Shown in pieces: positions 18,385 to 28,345 of a stretch of DNA of 64,000 bases (its first letter is position 1; each line of letters starts with the position of its first letter). The notes under the pieces were generated by a model. It made no database searches. It was not told the DNA's origin and worked only from the letters and a program-made list of their open reading frames with translations. Position numbers and translations under genes: made by a program. The stretch lies in UHGV virus genome UHGV-2031204; one strand, given 5' to 3'. Origin of the DNA: a virus.

Positions 18385-19026
18385 ATGAGCCGCATTAATT
18401 TAACTGATTTTGTTGATGGTGTTGTGTCTACGGATAAAGGTGTTGTTACGATGGTGGCACCGAATAGTAAAGTTGTTACTTTAAATCCGGTAGAACTGAT
18501 TTCTATTTCTACCTGGTTGCGCTTACTTTCTGGTAAGAAACCTAAAGACCAAGCGAAGGGTGGCCTATTAGTTGGTACACGTGAGTTTGTTTTCAAAGAC
18601 ATAACCCAAGATAAACTGGACAGCATTGCTAAAGAACTGAACGGCAAGCATAAAACTCGCGACATCGGGTGTGCCGAATATGACGGAGTAACGTACCATG
18701 CGTTTCTTGATAGTCACGTAGCATTGCGTGAAAAAGAAAATGGGATGTACGATTCAGTTTGTTTCTTTCACTTAATCGCACCAACAGAAAACGAAGCTGT
18801 GTATGAAACCGTTGAAAAATCGGCGGAAGCTGTTATGGAAACGGTGTCAGAACTTATAGAAGGGATGAAAAGAATCCCACGTGTGTTGAAAGTTACTGAT
18901 GGGGCTTTCGATTGTTTTAAATTATTACCCCTAATAGCTAGTAAAGAATACGAAGATGAGAACACCTTCGGACTATTCGAAATTAGTCTTTCGGAAGCAG
19001 TTGTTACTTTCTTTGAAGATTTATGA
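18385..19026 (+). CDS. hypothetical protein
   Basis: 213-aa ORF; ATG at 18385 preceded by ttaggagaaa; the track start at 18358 lacks an RBS. Confidence 0.8.
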   Translation: MSRINLTDFVDGVVSTDKGVVTMVAPNSKVVTLNPVELISISTWLRLLSGKKPKDQAKGGLLVGTREFVFKDITQDKLDSIAKELNGKHKTRDIGCAEYDGVTYHAFLDSHVALREKENGMYDSVCFFHLIAPTENEAVYETVEKSAEAVMETVSELIEGMKRIPRVLKVTDGAFDCFKLLPLIASKEYEDENTFGLFEISLSEAVVTFFEDL

Positions 19027-19030
19027 GATA

Positions 19031-19060
19031 AAAAACCCTCTACGGAGGGTTTTATTTTTT
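19031..19060 (+). terminator. intrinsic terminator
   Basis: aaaaccctctacggagggtttt plus T-run. Confidence 0.7.
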
Positions 19061-19080
19061 CGACCTTTAGGAGAATAGAA

Positions 19081-19632
19081 ATGAATAAATTTAATATCTT
19101 AGACGCTGAAGTCGTATCTGAAACCAGTTTACAGCAGGAAATCTTTCGTATTCAGTTTGGCGATAAAACCATTATCGTCCCACGTCCGGTAATGATTGGA
19201 CTGGCTATTTTTATTAACTGTGCGCATTGTAATGGTTCTCAACTCTCCACGCTCACTTACAACAATTACGAATTCTATATTCCAGAACACCTGGAATACG
19301 ATCGCTTCATTGCTTCACGTCCGTTCTACAAGTTTATGTTAGACGCAGGTTATTCTACGCTGACGAAAACGTACATTCGTGATTATTCGAAGCTGGAAAC
19401 CTTTTACCGTCGTCGTGGTTATCGCGTTCCTGAGCCTATTGACGGTTTTCAAACCCGCGTTGTATTACTTAAACCGCTAGAAAAAGAACTGGCTTGTTAT
19501 AAACTTGATATCGAGCAGAAGTTACTGCGTGAAGATTTGTTGAATTTATACAACCAGCTTTCAGTTGTACCGAAAAACACAGTAGAAAACATTCTACCTG
19601 ATTACGGAATTAGACAATACCAGGAAGGTTAA
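19081..19632 (+). CDS. hypothetical protein
   Basis: 183-aa ORF with aggag RBS. Confidence 0.8.
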   Translation: MNKFNILDAEVVSETSLQQEIFRIQFGDKTIIVPRPVMIGLAIFINCAHCNGSQLSTLTYNNYEFYIPEHLEYDRFIASRPFYKFMLDAGYSTLTKTYIRDYSKLETFYRRRGYRVPEPIDGFQTRVVLLKPLEKELACYKLDIEQKLLREDLLNLYNQLSVVPKNTVENILPDYGIRQYQEG

Positions 19633-19634
19633 AA

Positions 19635-19940
19635 ATGAAACTCAAAGCCGATGCGATATGTGTTGTTAAGTTGCCGGAAAGTAATGTGGTGTACTGCGTA
19701 AAACGGCTAGACATTCGATTACTGATACCGAGACTTAATGAACCTGGTTGGAATGGGGATTTGATGATTCCTCTGATCAGACCACTCCCTACGAACGATG
19801 GCAATATAACGCATTTGCATATGGAAGCCAAAGGGCGGTACGTTACCGTTTACCATTTAGCCGATCAGTACAAAACGAGTCGGTATACCCGAAAAGATTT
19901 TATACGCCATTTAAGAGGCTCACTGGAGATAAAGAAATGA
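19635..19940 (+). CDS. hypothetical protein
   Basis: 101-aa ORF; stop overlaps the DHFR start (ATGA). Confidence 0.65.
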   Translation: MKLKADAICVVKLPESNVVYCVKRLDIRLLIPRLNEPGWNGDLMIPLIRPLPTNDGNITHLHMEAKGRYVTVYHLADQYKTSRYTRKDFIRHLRGSLEIKK

Positions 19941-20473
19941 CAATTACAGTTTCGATGATAGCTGCTGCTGGGTTGAATAACGAAATTGGGAAAGACAATA
20001 AACTACCGTGGCGTATTCCTGATGACTTAAAGAATTTTAAGGCACTTACATCAGGTAAGGTTATCGTGATGGGAAGCAAGACATGGGAATCGTTAGGGTA
20101 TAAACCCCTGCCTAATCGTCACCATGTCGTGTTGACGAGAAGACCTGGCGGTGTGCCCGAAATCGATGGGGTGCTTAACCTTAAGGGTGAAATGGGGTCG
20201 ATTATTGAGTTCCTCAAAACTGAGGTTGAGAAAAAGGGTTATCCTAAAGAAATCTTTATTATCGGTGGTGCAGAAATTTACCATCAGGCGTTACCTTACG
20301 TGGATAAGATTTACTTGTCACGCGTAGAAGTTAAAGTCGATGGTGCAGATGCGTTCTTTCCTGAAATCGATCGTAACAAGTTTAGACTGGTTTATAACTT
20401 AACGCACGCTTCCAAACCGGATAGTGATGTTCCACGTTGGCATTATCAAATTTGGAAAAGAGATGGGCACTGA
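19937..20473 (+). CDS. folA: dihydrofolate reductase
   Basis: Translation MTITVSMIAAAGLNNEIGKDNKLPWRIPDDLKNFKALT..VIVMGSKTWESLGYKPLPNRHHVVL..IIGGAEIYHQALPY..YLS matches the classical DHFR pattern (LPW, FK..T, IMG..TWES.G.PLP.R, IGG..Y). Start at the internal ATG of the longer track ORF. Confidence 0.9.
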   Translation: MTITVSMIAAAGLNNEIGKDNKLPWRIPDDLKNFKALTSGKVIVMGSKTWESLGYKPLPNRHHVVLTRRPGGVPEIDGVLNLKGEMGSIIEFLKTEVEKKGYPKEIFIIGGAEIYHQALPYVDKIYLSRVEVKVDGADAFFPEIDRNKFRLVYNLTHASKPDSDVPRWHYQIWKRDGH

Positions 20474-20759
20474 GTTTGTAACCTTAGAAAAGCTCTTTTT
20501 AGGTAGAGTTGCGAAAGGGAAAATAGCGCGCTTCACCTGGTGTCCTTCCCCTGTAAAGCACGCGTTTATACGCCGTTTACATCAAGAGAAAAGCGTCAGG
20601 TTGGTCTTGATAGTGTTGTTCGAAAACGACCGTGGGCTGTTGATTAACAATCAGCGTTTTGCGGCAGAGATTTGGGCAACCACATCTGGGGGTGAGGAAG
20701 CGTCTGTTGGCTTCGCTAACGATGAGATTATCTTTGAAGGTATACCTTATCTGTTATAG
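20463..20759 (+). CDS. hypothetical small protein
   Basis: ATG at 20463 with aaaagag upstream, overlapping the DHFR stop; terminator follows. Start choice uncertain. Confidence 0.4.
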   Translation: MGTEFVTLEKLFLGRVAKGKIARFTWCPSPVKHAFIRRLHQEKSVRLVLIVLFENDRGLLINNQRFAAEIWATTSGGEEASVGFANDEIIFEGIPYLL

Positions 20760-20772
20760 GTAGGTTAAACGT

Positions 20773-20806
20773 AAAAGGGGACTTCGGTTCCCTTTTATTT
20801 TTTTTT
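20773..20806 (+). terminator. intrinsic terminator
   Basis: ggggacttcggttccc hairpin followed by a long T-run. Confidence 0.7.
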
Positions 20807-20848
20807 CATTTCGCGCCTGTGATATGACTATAACGAAGGAACAAGCCA

Positions 20849-22357
20849 ATGCAACAGTATTTTGAAATTCCGTCGTTAGACGCGACCATTCGCAAACCAA
20901 TAATCGATGGCGTTATACAACGTGTACTTAATGAGTCCGGTATTGATACAGCAGCGGTTGTTTTCCTCGATGAATTCAATAGCGCCCATCAACCGGATTC
21001 TACTCTAGGTGACGGTACTGAAGTAGAGTACAGTTCACCTGAAAAGGTTTACGTTGAAGTAGAAGAAGAACGTGATGAGTGGGCAAGAATCAACCGTCAG
21101 GTTGGTCAGCAGGCTGAACCGTACTTCTTTGAAAACTCCGTCGATCAGGTACGCGCCTGGCCCGTTAGAACGATGTATAACGTAACAGTAACGTTACGAC
21201 GTACCAGTGCCTCACGTGATGAGTTATTGCGCTGGACGAACCGTTTAGACTCATTAGTGGACATGGGCCGTTATTCGACCATGACAGAGTCAGAAGCGTT
21301 CTATTATATCCCTAAACCCGCGTTAAAGTTGTTGAATGCCTGCTACGTTGCTGCAGGAACACGAGTACCAACGTTTGACGATTTTAAAGCCTATTTGAAA
21401 GCGTATTTTACGCCCGACGTATTTCGTGCAGCCAATGTTGCCGGGGGGCAGGAAACCATTGCGGTACGTTACGCACCTACGCGTTTAGAAACGGTATATG
21501 ACGTTCAAACACCGGCCTGGGATAAAGATGAAAACCACTGGGAGGCAACGTTCGTTATCCGTTTCTCTTATCAGCGCCCTGAAGAGATTGTGGTTTCGTA
21601 TCCGTATATCATCAATCAGACACCACTGCCTGATGAATATTGGCCGGAGATAGACCCACCGTGGGTATCTAACGAGGAGTTAGTTTACCGCCACCCACAA
21701 CAGAAGAATCTCGATTCAACCTGGTGGATTAACGAAACTCGTCAGTATATTCGTCTCCCGTATTTGTTATCTCCCACGGAACAGTTCCATCGTACGCACT
21801 CCCCGCTTAAAGATAAGCTCTTACCGATTTTCGGTACAGATGTTGTTTTTGAACCGGACAACATGTTATCGCCGAAGGTGATGTCTACGGAAGATTTACC
21901 TTACGAATGGAACGAAGCGTTGCTACCGTATATCGAACATTGTCGTGCGATTGACCCGACAGGACAGACGGGTGTTTTCCGTATCGAGTTGTTCGAAGAG
22001 GGACAGATTATCGAACCGCGTTTCTACCATTGGGAAGGAAATACGTTTTCGCTTAAAGGTCGTGACCTGAAAGTAAATAAGGGTTATTACTTAACCGAAT
22101 CGGTCATGTTTGACTGGCGTGGAATGAACCTCTGGCCATTACAGTTATATCCACAGGCAGCGAAAGTATTAATTGAGTGGTTGTTCCCGAAATGGGACGT
22201 TCCTGATTGGTGGTGGGATAAGCCGGTGTTACCGCCGAGTGTTATCGATGACATTAATAAACTGATTCCGAACGTAGAAGCCCGTGTGTTATTGACGGTG
22301 CTGAACTCGACCATTATTACCATGCGAGGAACAGAGAATGCTCAAAGCGAAGCGTGA
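20849..22357 (+). CDS. hypothetical protein
   Basis: 502-aa ORF with aaggaacaagcc RBS. Confidence 0.85.
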   Translation: MQQYFEIPSLDATIRKPIIDGVIQRVLNESGIDTAAVVFLDEFNSAHQPDSTLGDGTEVEYSSPEKVYVEVEEERDEWARINRQVGQQAEPYFFENSVDQVRAWPVRTMYNVTVTLRRTSASRDELLRWTNRLDSLVDMGRYSTMTESEAFYYIPKPALKLLNACYVAAGTRVPTFDDFKAYLKAYFTPDVFRAANVAGGQETIAVRYAPTRLETVYDVQTPAWDKDENHWEATFVIRFSYQRPEEIVVSYPYIINQTPLPDEYWPEIDPPWVSNEELVYRHPQQKNLDSTWWINETRQYIRLPYLLSPTEQFHRTHSPLKDKLLPIFGTDVVFEPDNMLSPKVMSTEDLPYEWNEALLPYIEHCRAIDPTGQTGVFRIELFEEGQIIEPRFYHWEGNTFSLKGRDLKVNKGYYLTESVMFDWRGMNLWPLQLYPQAAKVLIEWLFPKWDVPDWWWDKPVLPPSVIDDINKLIPNVEARVLLTVLNSTIITMRGTENAQSEA

Positions 22358-23708
22358 TAAACCGTCTTCTTTCGAACCGGTGGAACGCCCGATACCTGAG
22401 TTGAATAAACCGCAAGACGGTGTGAAGGAAACCACGAACGTGGTGACACAACCGACACGTACAACGGTGACGGATTTAGAACGTATACCGAAACAGTACC
22501 TGATGAAATACCTGGAAGGGTCTTCCTGGACAGTGGATTTCTTTAATTTCCTGAAAGGGCGTAACGACGCGAAGAAATTCTTCGATTCGAAGGTACTTAC
22601 GCCTGACCAGCAAGTAGAGAAAATCATCGGGTTAGAATTGCGGGTTACCACACCGCTAGATCGTTCTCAGGATACAACGAACAAAACATTCACCATGTCC
22701 GGTGCCGCAACAATGGCGAACTCGGTGATTCCCAACGAAGGGTGTTTTTTCGTTGCCCCGATTGGAGACGGACGGTTCGCGTTGTTCAATGTCACGAACG
22801 TCGTACGGATGTCCAATAACAAAATTGCAACGTATAACATTGAATATACGCTGTTGTTTGAAGTTGATCCAGAAGTTGCAGAAACCATTCGCCGGTGTAC
22901 GGTCCGTGAGTATTATTACGTTTCTGAACGTGCCTGGACGGGCGGTGATACGTTACTGACACCGAAAGAATACCGTGCGTTTTTGAAGGTTGTTGATGCG
23001 ATTGCCGACATTGAACAGACTTACGTAAAACGGTTTTACGATGGGGAAACGGCAACGTTGCTTTTCCCGCACGATCGGCACAGCGATGGGCTGCGTAGTC
23101 GCGCGTACTACGACGTGTTCTTAGCACAGTTCGTACGCTCTGTAGGCTTACGGACCGTCGGCAAAGATATTCAAATCTATCCGCACCCACCAACGCGTGT
23201 GGAAGATATTGAAACGGTCTGGACAGCGTTGTTAAATCAATCGCCAACGTTCTTAGCGGATTACAAACGCGATTCCAGTGTCTGGCAGGTAAAAACCTTC
23301 CGTACGATGCAGCATCGGAATTCTGTGACCTGGTCATTAATTTCGGATACCCGTTTCTTTACCGATGAATTAAAACCGGGCTATGGGATGGCGCAACGTT
23401 TCCCTGGACAGTGGCCGAAGTGGACGGAGTTTGAACCGGTTGAAGTGGAGAACTATCGGGGTAATGAAGGTGAATCTATCCCTGCATTTCTACCACTGAC
23501 CTACGAACCGTATTTGTTAAGCCCAACGTTCTACGAGGGCTCGTACAGTTCGTTATTAGAATACGGTTTATATCTCTATCTGAATAAACGCCCACTGTCA
23601 ACGGTAATTGCATTACGGTTGTTTGAAGAAGTTTACCGTTTACCGAAGGATGCGCAATTCTATTATATTCCGATGGTGTATTTGTTGTTACGGTATGCGA
23701 GGGATTAA
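22338..23708 (+). CDS. hypothetical protein
   Basis: 456-aa ORF; start overlaps the end of the upstream gene. Confidence 0.85.
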   Translation: MLKAKRDKPSSFEPVERPIPELNKPQDGVKETTNVVTQPTRTTVTDLERIPKQYLMKYLEGSSWTVDFFNFLKGRNDAKKFFDSKVLTPDQQVEKIIGLELRVTTPLDRSQDTTNKTFTMSGAATMANSVIPNEGCFFVAPIGDGRFALFNVTNVVRMSNNKIATYNIEYTLLFEVDPEVAETIRRCTVREYYYVSERAWTGGDTLLTPKEYRAFLKVVDAIADIEQTYVKRFYDGETATLLFPHDRHSDGLRSRAYYDVFLAQFVRSVGLRTVGKDIQIYPHPPTRVEDIETVWTALLNQSPTFLADYKRDSSVWQVKTFRTMQHRNSVTWSLISDTRFFTDELKPGYGMAQRFPGQWPKWTEFEPVEVENYRGNEGESIPAFLPLTYEPYLLSPTFYEGSYSSLLEYGLYLYLNKRPLSTVIALRLFEEVYRLPKDAQFYYIPMVYLLLRYARD

Positions 23709-23709
23709 C

Positions 23710-24249
23710 GTGGCTGAAAAACGTAGCGCAGCATTTATGCTGTTTCACAAGTGGGTGGGATGGCGTGTTCCTGAATGGACGACGATTTCAACGTACATGT
23801 CCCAGGAACATGGGCTGTTCTTACCGGAAGACGAGAAAAAAGCACGCGCGATACTACTCAATAAAAAGACTGTATACATGCGACCTTTCGAAGTTGCGGT
23901 TTATGCAGAATCGGGCGCGGCGTTAGACGTCCACGACCCACATGACGGGATCATTGTGTACGGGTATATCATGGAACACTTAGCTGATTGGCTAAATTAC
24001 ATGCAGACCCCACACCTGACAACACGTAAAGTCCCTATGGAGGGCTTGCGTCAGTTTAATGCGTTAGCGCGTAAACTGTTCCCGGTAGCGAACCGTTACG
24101 GTTACTTTAAGAAACCCGAAGTAACAATGGCGGTTTCCGTACAAGCGTTATTTGGCGAAGTTCGATTGGAAACAGAACGGCATCAGTTCAACGATACGAT
24201 TATGCACCGTATTGAACAGATATACCGTAGACGTGGAGGAATTCTGTAA
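23710..24249 (+). CDS. hypothetical protein
   Basis: In-frame GTG at 23710 one nt after the upstream stop, preceded by gaggga; the track start at 23608 lies inside the upstream gene. Start uncertain (ATG at 23695 is the alternative). Confidence 0.55.
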   Translation: MAEKRSAAFMLFHKWVGWRVPEWTTISTYMSQEHGLFLPEDEKKARAILLNKKTVYMRPFEVAVYAESGAALDVHDPHDGIIVYGYIMEHLADWLNYMQTPHLTTRKVPMEGLRQFNALARKLFPVANRYGYFKKPEVTMAVSVQALFGEVRLETERHQFNDTIMHRIEQIYRRRGGIL

Positions 24250-25568
24250 TGTCGTTTGGTCGGTTACAGAACATAGCAAACGTGCACATTGCACAGGCGG
24301 CGGGATTACCGGCCATCGACTACGTACCCCTTATCACGGTTCGTGGGGTGACGATTGACGTTTACAAAACCATGTCGATAATCCATGCCAGTAATTTCGC
24401 TCAGGATTTAACGACCATCACGCACCTCAGTGTGGTGATTCCACTGAGCCAGCAACGTATTCTTACGTCGTCGGCAGAAGGGGATTTATCAGTTAAAATC
24501 CTGATGCGGACAATGAACAAGAAAACCATTGCGCAACTGAACTACCGAGGAATTGTGGTTAACAACCACGATCCTGATATGGAATCACCTACAATGTTTT
24601 TGGGTGAATCTGACCAAAAAGGGTTGGGTGTGGTAACGTTGGAACTGATGGACGAATCGATGTGGTTCCTTCGTTGTCGCCAGGTAGGCGGGATTTACCA
24701 CGAAACTGACGGGTTAAGTGTCGTTCGTGCATTACTTGCTGACACATTACCTACCGGGGATGCACCAGAAGGTCAGTTGGTTGGTGTTGAATACGAGGAA
24801 GAGGAACAACAACCTTATCGCGACATTTTGATTCCCGATTCGCAAAGTTTTCTTTCGGTTTTCGATTTCATTCAGAACCGCTACGGTGTGTATAGCCAAG
24901 GATTAGGTGTCTTCTTGTATAAACACCGTTGGCATATCTTTCAACCGTGGGATTCTAAGAAATTCTCTACGGCAAAAAAGAAACTGGTGGTAATTAACCT
25001 TCCAAGAGAGAAAGTTGCCTATTTAGATAAAACGTGTCACATTGCAGGTGACGTCATTTATCTGATTTGTGGTGGCGATGTTCACACCTTCGAAGACAAA
25101 GACGCTCTTGCGCTAAATCAGGGAACGGGTTACCGCGTGGGTTCAATCCGTGCCTTAGATGGACGTGCAAGTTCTTTCTCTCCAGGCGACGTTTCAGCAA
25201 CGACGTCAGATTCGTTTGTTTCGGCAGCAGACCCTACACAGTACCCCGGCGGTGTTGTTAATGCACCTATTGATCCAAACGAGCACTTCAGCGACACGGA
25301 TAAGCCTCGTCGTTCTAAGTTGGCTGCCGCCAGAGGGACACTGACCGCAACGACCTGGAACCGTTCAGCGTACGGTTTATTGCAGCCGGGTATGGCAGTA
25401 AAATATCTGTATGCGAATAATTACGGTGTATACACTCGTTATGGGACGTTGGTTGGTGAAGTTTTCCAAGCTGCCGTTGACGGTGGTTCGATGGCGTCCC
25501 CACAATTTAATACCATTAGTCAATTGACGTTGTGGTTGACTAATGAAAAATTTACAACCGCTACGTAA
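24249..25568 (+). CDS. hypothetical protein
   Basis: 439-aa ORF; start overlaps the upstream stop (TAATG). Confidence 0.85.
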   Translation: MSFGRLQNIANVHIAQAAGLPAIDYVPLITVRGVTIDVYKTMSIIHASNFAQDLTTITHLSVVIPLSQQRILTSSAEGDLSVKILMRTMNKKTIAQLNYRGIVVNNHDPDMESPTMFLGESDQKGLGVVTLELMDESMWFLRCRQVGGIYHETDGLSVVRALLADTLPTGDAPEGQLVGVEYEEEEQQPYRDILIPDSQSFLSVFDFIQNRYGVYSQGLGVFLYKHRWHIFQPWDSKKFSTAKKKLVVINLPREKVAYLDKTCHIAGDVIYLICGGDVHTFEDKDALALNQGTGYRVGSIRALDGRASSFSPGDVSATTSDSFVSAADPTQYPGGVVNAPIDPNEHFSDTDKPRRSKLAAARGTLTATTWNRSAYGLLQPGMAVKYLYANNYGVYTRYGTLVGEVFQAAVDGGSMASPQFNTISQLTLWLTNEKFTTAT

Positions 25569-25600
25569 ATTATGTCGTCCGTAACCTAAAGGATTTGTTA

Positions 25601-26401
25601 ATGAGTAATCTACTTACTTTCAGAATGTCTGGTCAAACGTTAATCCAAATCGACAAGTTCGAAGAAGAGAATTTTTCGAAACCGTCGAAGTTGTTAGAAC
25701 GTTGCCTTAATGTTATTCCTGGTGGCGAACAACGCCAGTTGGACTACATCATGGCGTCCAGTGCTGACAAAACGATTTCTGTTATCTATACCGTAGACGG
25801 TGTACAGAATTGTCGCTTATTACCAATCGAAGAAAAAGGGACGTTAGGTCATTTGTTGTTCCTGCACGCGATCACAACCGCCGTGGTGTCTGGTGCTTTA
25901 GAAGCGCAATACGGCTTTGCTTATTGTTACTTCTATGCTCAGAAATTAGCTGCAGCGGTTGTTCCAGGGCAACAAGAAACCTATCCTCAGTATATTGAAC
26001 GTATTCTCCCTTCACACTTTAGTGAGTCGGAAGACTACGACTTCAATGCGTTTCGTTTTACCGTGGTGGGTGAAGCCCGCGATCCTGAATACACAACAGC
26101 GGTTCGTGCGGTGGTGCGCTATTCTGTTATTTCTACAGACAGCGGTACATCAAATAACTTTAATGAAGTGTATCCGGTCTTGCAGTTAGGTCCTTATGTG
26201 ACTTTCAACAGCTATGTGCCATTCAGTTGCCAGCTTGTGGGTCCGCAGGATAACGATTCTATTCTCCCTGTTGCGGAAGAAAAGTCATTGTTTATTCGCG
26301 AATCTGTAGAAGCTATTAGCGATAAGCGCTTTATGATTTCTTCGAAGACGGGCATTAACGATCCTGAAATCGCTGTAATGGATAAGATGCAAGGTCTGTA
26401 A
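25601..26401 (+). CDS. hypothetical protein
   Basis: ATG at 25601 preceded by aaaggatttgtta; the track start at 25595 is a TTG. Confidence 0.85.
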   Translation: MSNLLTFRMSGQTLIQIDKFEEENFSKPSKLLERCLNVIPGGEQRQLDYIMASSADKTISVIYTVDGVQNCRLLPIEEKGTLGHLLFLHAITTAVVSGALEAQYGFAYCYFYAQKLAAAVVPGQQETYPQYIERILPSHFSESEDYDFNAFRFTVVGEARDPEYTTAVRAVVRYSVISTDSGTSNNFNEVYPVLQLGPYVTFNSYVPFSCQLVGPQDNDSILPVAEEKSLFIRESVEAISDKRFMISSKTGINDPEIAVMDKMQGL

Positions 26402-26407
26402 AAACTT

Positions 26408-26447
26408 CCCGTTACCTCTATGGGTAACGGGAATACCTTTTATTTAT
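26408..26447 (+). terminator. intrinsic terminator
   Basis: cccgttacctctatgggtaacggg followed by a T-rich tract. Confidence 0.7.
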
Positions 26448-26566
26448 TCCTAAACGACACGCAGAAGTCATTTAACCGTTAAGACGACTAATTACCCTTT
26501 AAAAAGAAAATTGCGTCAGAATGCGTTTTAGAGCGTTCTAGAGGGTATATGGATTCAAAAAGATTT

Positions 26567-26590
26567 CAGATATATATTACCTAGGTGAGA
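26567..26590 (+). promoter_or_regulatory. conserved promoter-like motif, copy 2 (cagatatatattacctaggtgaga)
   Basis: Exact copy of the 18311 24-mer, about 45 nt upstream of the small ORF at 26637. Confidence 0.55.
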
Positions 26591-26636
26591 GTTTACGTAA
26601 TACTCATTTATCGAATACCTAATTAGGAGTTATATC

Positions 26637-26780
26637 ATGATTTCTGTAAAACACAAAAAAGCTATCTTCGCTGTTGTTATCGCTGTTGTTCTGGGTTGCC
26701 TGTATCTGGACATCGACAAAGGCTACGACACTTGCATCGACAACGGTAATTCCGTTGCACAGTGCACTGGTCGTGGTTAA
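26637..26780 (+). CDS. small membrane protein (47 aa, one predicted TM helix, Cys-containing C-terminus)
   Basis: Below the ORF-track size cutoff. RBS ttaggag before ATG; strongly optimised codons; hydrophobic AIFAVVIAVVLGCLYL; bracketed by promoter-like motif and terminator. Confidence 0.6.
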   Translation: MISVKHKKAIFAVVIAVVLGCLYLDIDKGYDTCIDNGNSVAQCTGRG

Positions 26781-26785
26781 TGTAT

Positions 26786-26817
26786 AAGGCACCTTCGGGT
26801 GCCCTTAATTTTTTTAT
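26786..26817 (+). terminator. intrinsic terminator
   Basis: aaggcaccttcgggtgccctt followed by a T-run. Confidence 0.75.
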
Positions 26818-26834
26818 TAATTGGAGCATAAAAG

Positions 26835-27650
26835 ATGATTACCATTAAAGATTATTTTCCGCGTGGACTGAGCAATGAAAACTTCGTTCCAACTGAAGAC
26901 ATTGCCATCGTAACAGAGTCTAGTGATAAGTCTTTTAAACTCTACTTGAGTACGGCAGCAGGAAAATCCACTCTTATCCTTCGCGAACCTGAAGTGATAA
27001 GCATCTGCTCGTTTGGGGGTGGTGTAGAAGGAACGATTAATTGGTTGAAATCCAGAATGCATCGTTTGCTTATCGTGAACACCGATCCTGTGATTCGTTT
27101 ACAGCAATTGAAATCGTTGAATGAAGTTATCGTCGGATTATTGGAACATGAAACGTTCGGTAATGCAGCGATTGCGGAAGAGATTAAATCTGTAGAACTA
27201 ATCGAGTGGAGTGATATCGAATACGAACGTGCTGCGTTATTCGCAATGTACGGTGACGATAATCCTGTTGTGTTTGCACAAACATTAGATAACGTTACAG
27301 TAACAGCGCGCGTATTGTTTGGCTTACAGCGTGTTGAGTTTGAACTGAAACACGTTTATGTAAGTAATACTCCAGAGATGGTGGAAACGTTGACTCGTGC
27401 GTTCGCTTACCCGTTAGACGGAGAATGGGAACAGCAGATTAATGAAGCGTTAGGCGCGATGCTGTTCTTAGCAGGCACACTAAGGAAAGAAGAGAAATTA
27501 GAAGGTCGTGTTTATCCAGAATACGATTTTGTTTGTGAAGAATGTGGAGCACAGTATCAAATACGTGTTCCTTTAACCGGCCTGACAATCCCGAAAGCCA
27601 ACGTGCAATGTAAGGAATGTGGCCATGTTCAATACGTAGCGACTAAATAA
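26835..27650 (+). CDS. hypothetical protein with C-terminal zinc-ribbon-like Cys pairs
   Basis: 271-aa ORF with ggag RBS; C-terminus has CEECG...CKECG (two CxxC pairs). Confidence 0.8.
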   Translation: MITIKDYFPRGLSNENFVPTEDIAIVTESSDKSFKLYLSTAAGKSTLILREPEVISICSFGGGVEGTINWLKSRMHRLLIVNTDPVIRLQQLKSLNEVIVGLLEHETFGNAAIAEEIKSVELIEWSDIEYERAALFAMYGDDNPVVFAQTLDNVTVTARVLFGLQRVEFELKHVYVSNTPEMVETLTRAFAYPLDGEWEQQINEALGAMLFLAGTLRKEEKLEGRVYPEYDFVCEECGAQYQIRVPLTGLTIPKANVQCKECGHVQYVATK

Positions 27651-27656
27651 AAGCAA

Positions 27657-27699
27657 CCCCTAATCCCGAAAAGGATTAGGGGTACACTTTATTTATTTT
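27657..27699 (+). terminator. intrinsic terminator
   Basis: cccctaatcccgaaaaggattagggg followed by a T-rich tract. Confidence 0.7.
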
Positions 27700-27947
27700 C
27701 GCAAATTCAACAACTTGGATTAAATAAAAGGCTTAAAGCCACTAACAATCATCGAGTACAGATCTTCACCGAAAGGAGAAGTAACTACTAAATAAAATAA
27801 AGGGGTGTGACAGCACCCCTTATCAAAGCTTTAACTTTTCGAAAAGAGAAGTTAAAGCAGGGTACGCTGTAGCACCAGCGTACCCTTTACAGCACCACCA
27901 CGTTTCCGTAGTGGATTTCTTTAATCACCCTACAAAGAGGGCTTACC

Positions 27948-28121
27948 ATGAACAATGGTTACTACTTTACTGACAAAATGCTTGCAGAACAGAGTGCAGC
28001 AAAGACCAATTTACAGCAACGTATCTACAAGTATAGTCAGCTCGGCATGGATAAACGGTTAAAACCGTCTACCAACCGTTTCACGCAGATATTCACCGAA
28101 AAGAGGAGTGAACACTACTAA
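27948..28121 (+). CDS. small protein (57 aa), cassette family member 1
   Basis: Below the ORF-track cutoff. ATG at 27948 preceded by aaagaggg; translation MNNGYYFTDKMLAEQSAAKTNLQQRIYKYSQLGMDKRLKPSTNRFTQIFTEKRSEHY; shares Q-R-I/M-x-x-Y-x-x-LG with the next small ORF. Confidence 0.5.
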   Translation: MNNGYYFTDKMLAEQSAAKTNLQQRIYKYSQLGMDKRLKPSTNRFTQIFTEKRSEHY

Positions 28122-28345
28122 CAAATAAAGAGGAGGCGTGTCAGCGCCTCCCCTCCTCGTACAGTAACCTGCCGAGATGGTGGTCGTAGGTATAATAAAA
28201 AGGGGTGCACCACCACCCCTTTTCTTAGCTTTAACTTTTCCGAAGAGAAGTTAAAGCAGTAGAGACTGTTCCATCAGTCTCTACTGTACGGTGACAACGC
28301 ATAAAGTTGTTGACGTTTTTACAACATTACAAAAGGTAATGAAAA

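Noticed and set aside
19748-19936. Upstream extension of the DHFR ORF to 19748
   Set aside because: The DHFR N-terminal motif begins at the internal ATG (19937), which overlaps the stop of the upstream gene; the extension would overlap that gene entirely.
22792-23337. 181-aa minus-strand ORF inside the gene at 22338-23708
   Set aside because: Antisense to a well-supported plus-strand gene; Arg/Ser-rich low-complexity translation; no start context.
26445-26565. tRNA or small RNA gene in the long intergenic region before the motif at 26567
   Set aside because: I could not find a cloverleaf arrangement or a T-loop-like GTTCRANYC element by eye; cannot be excluded without tRNAscan-type analysis.
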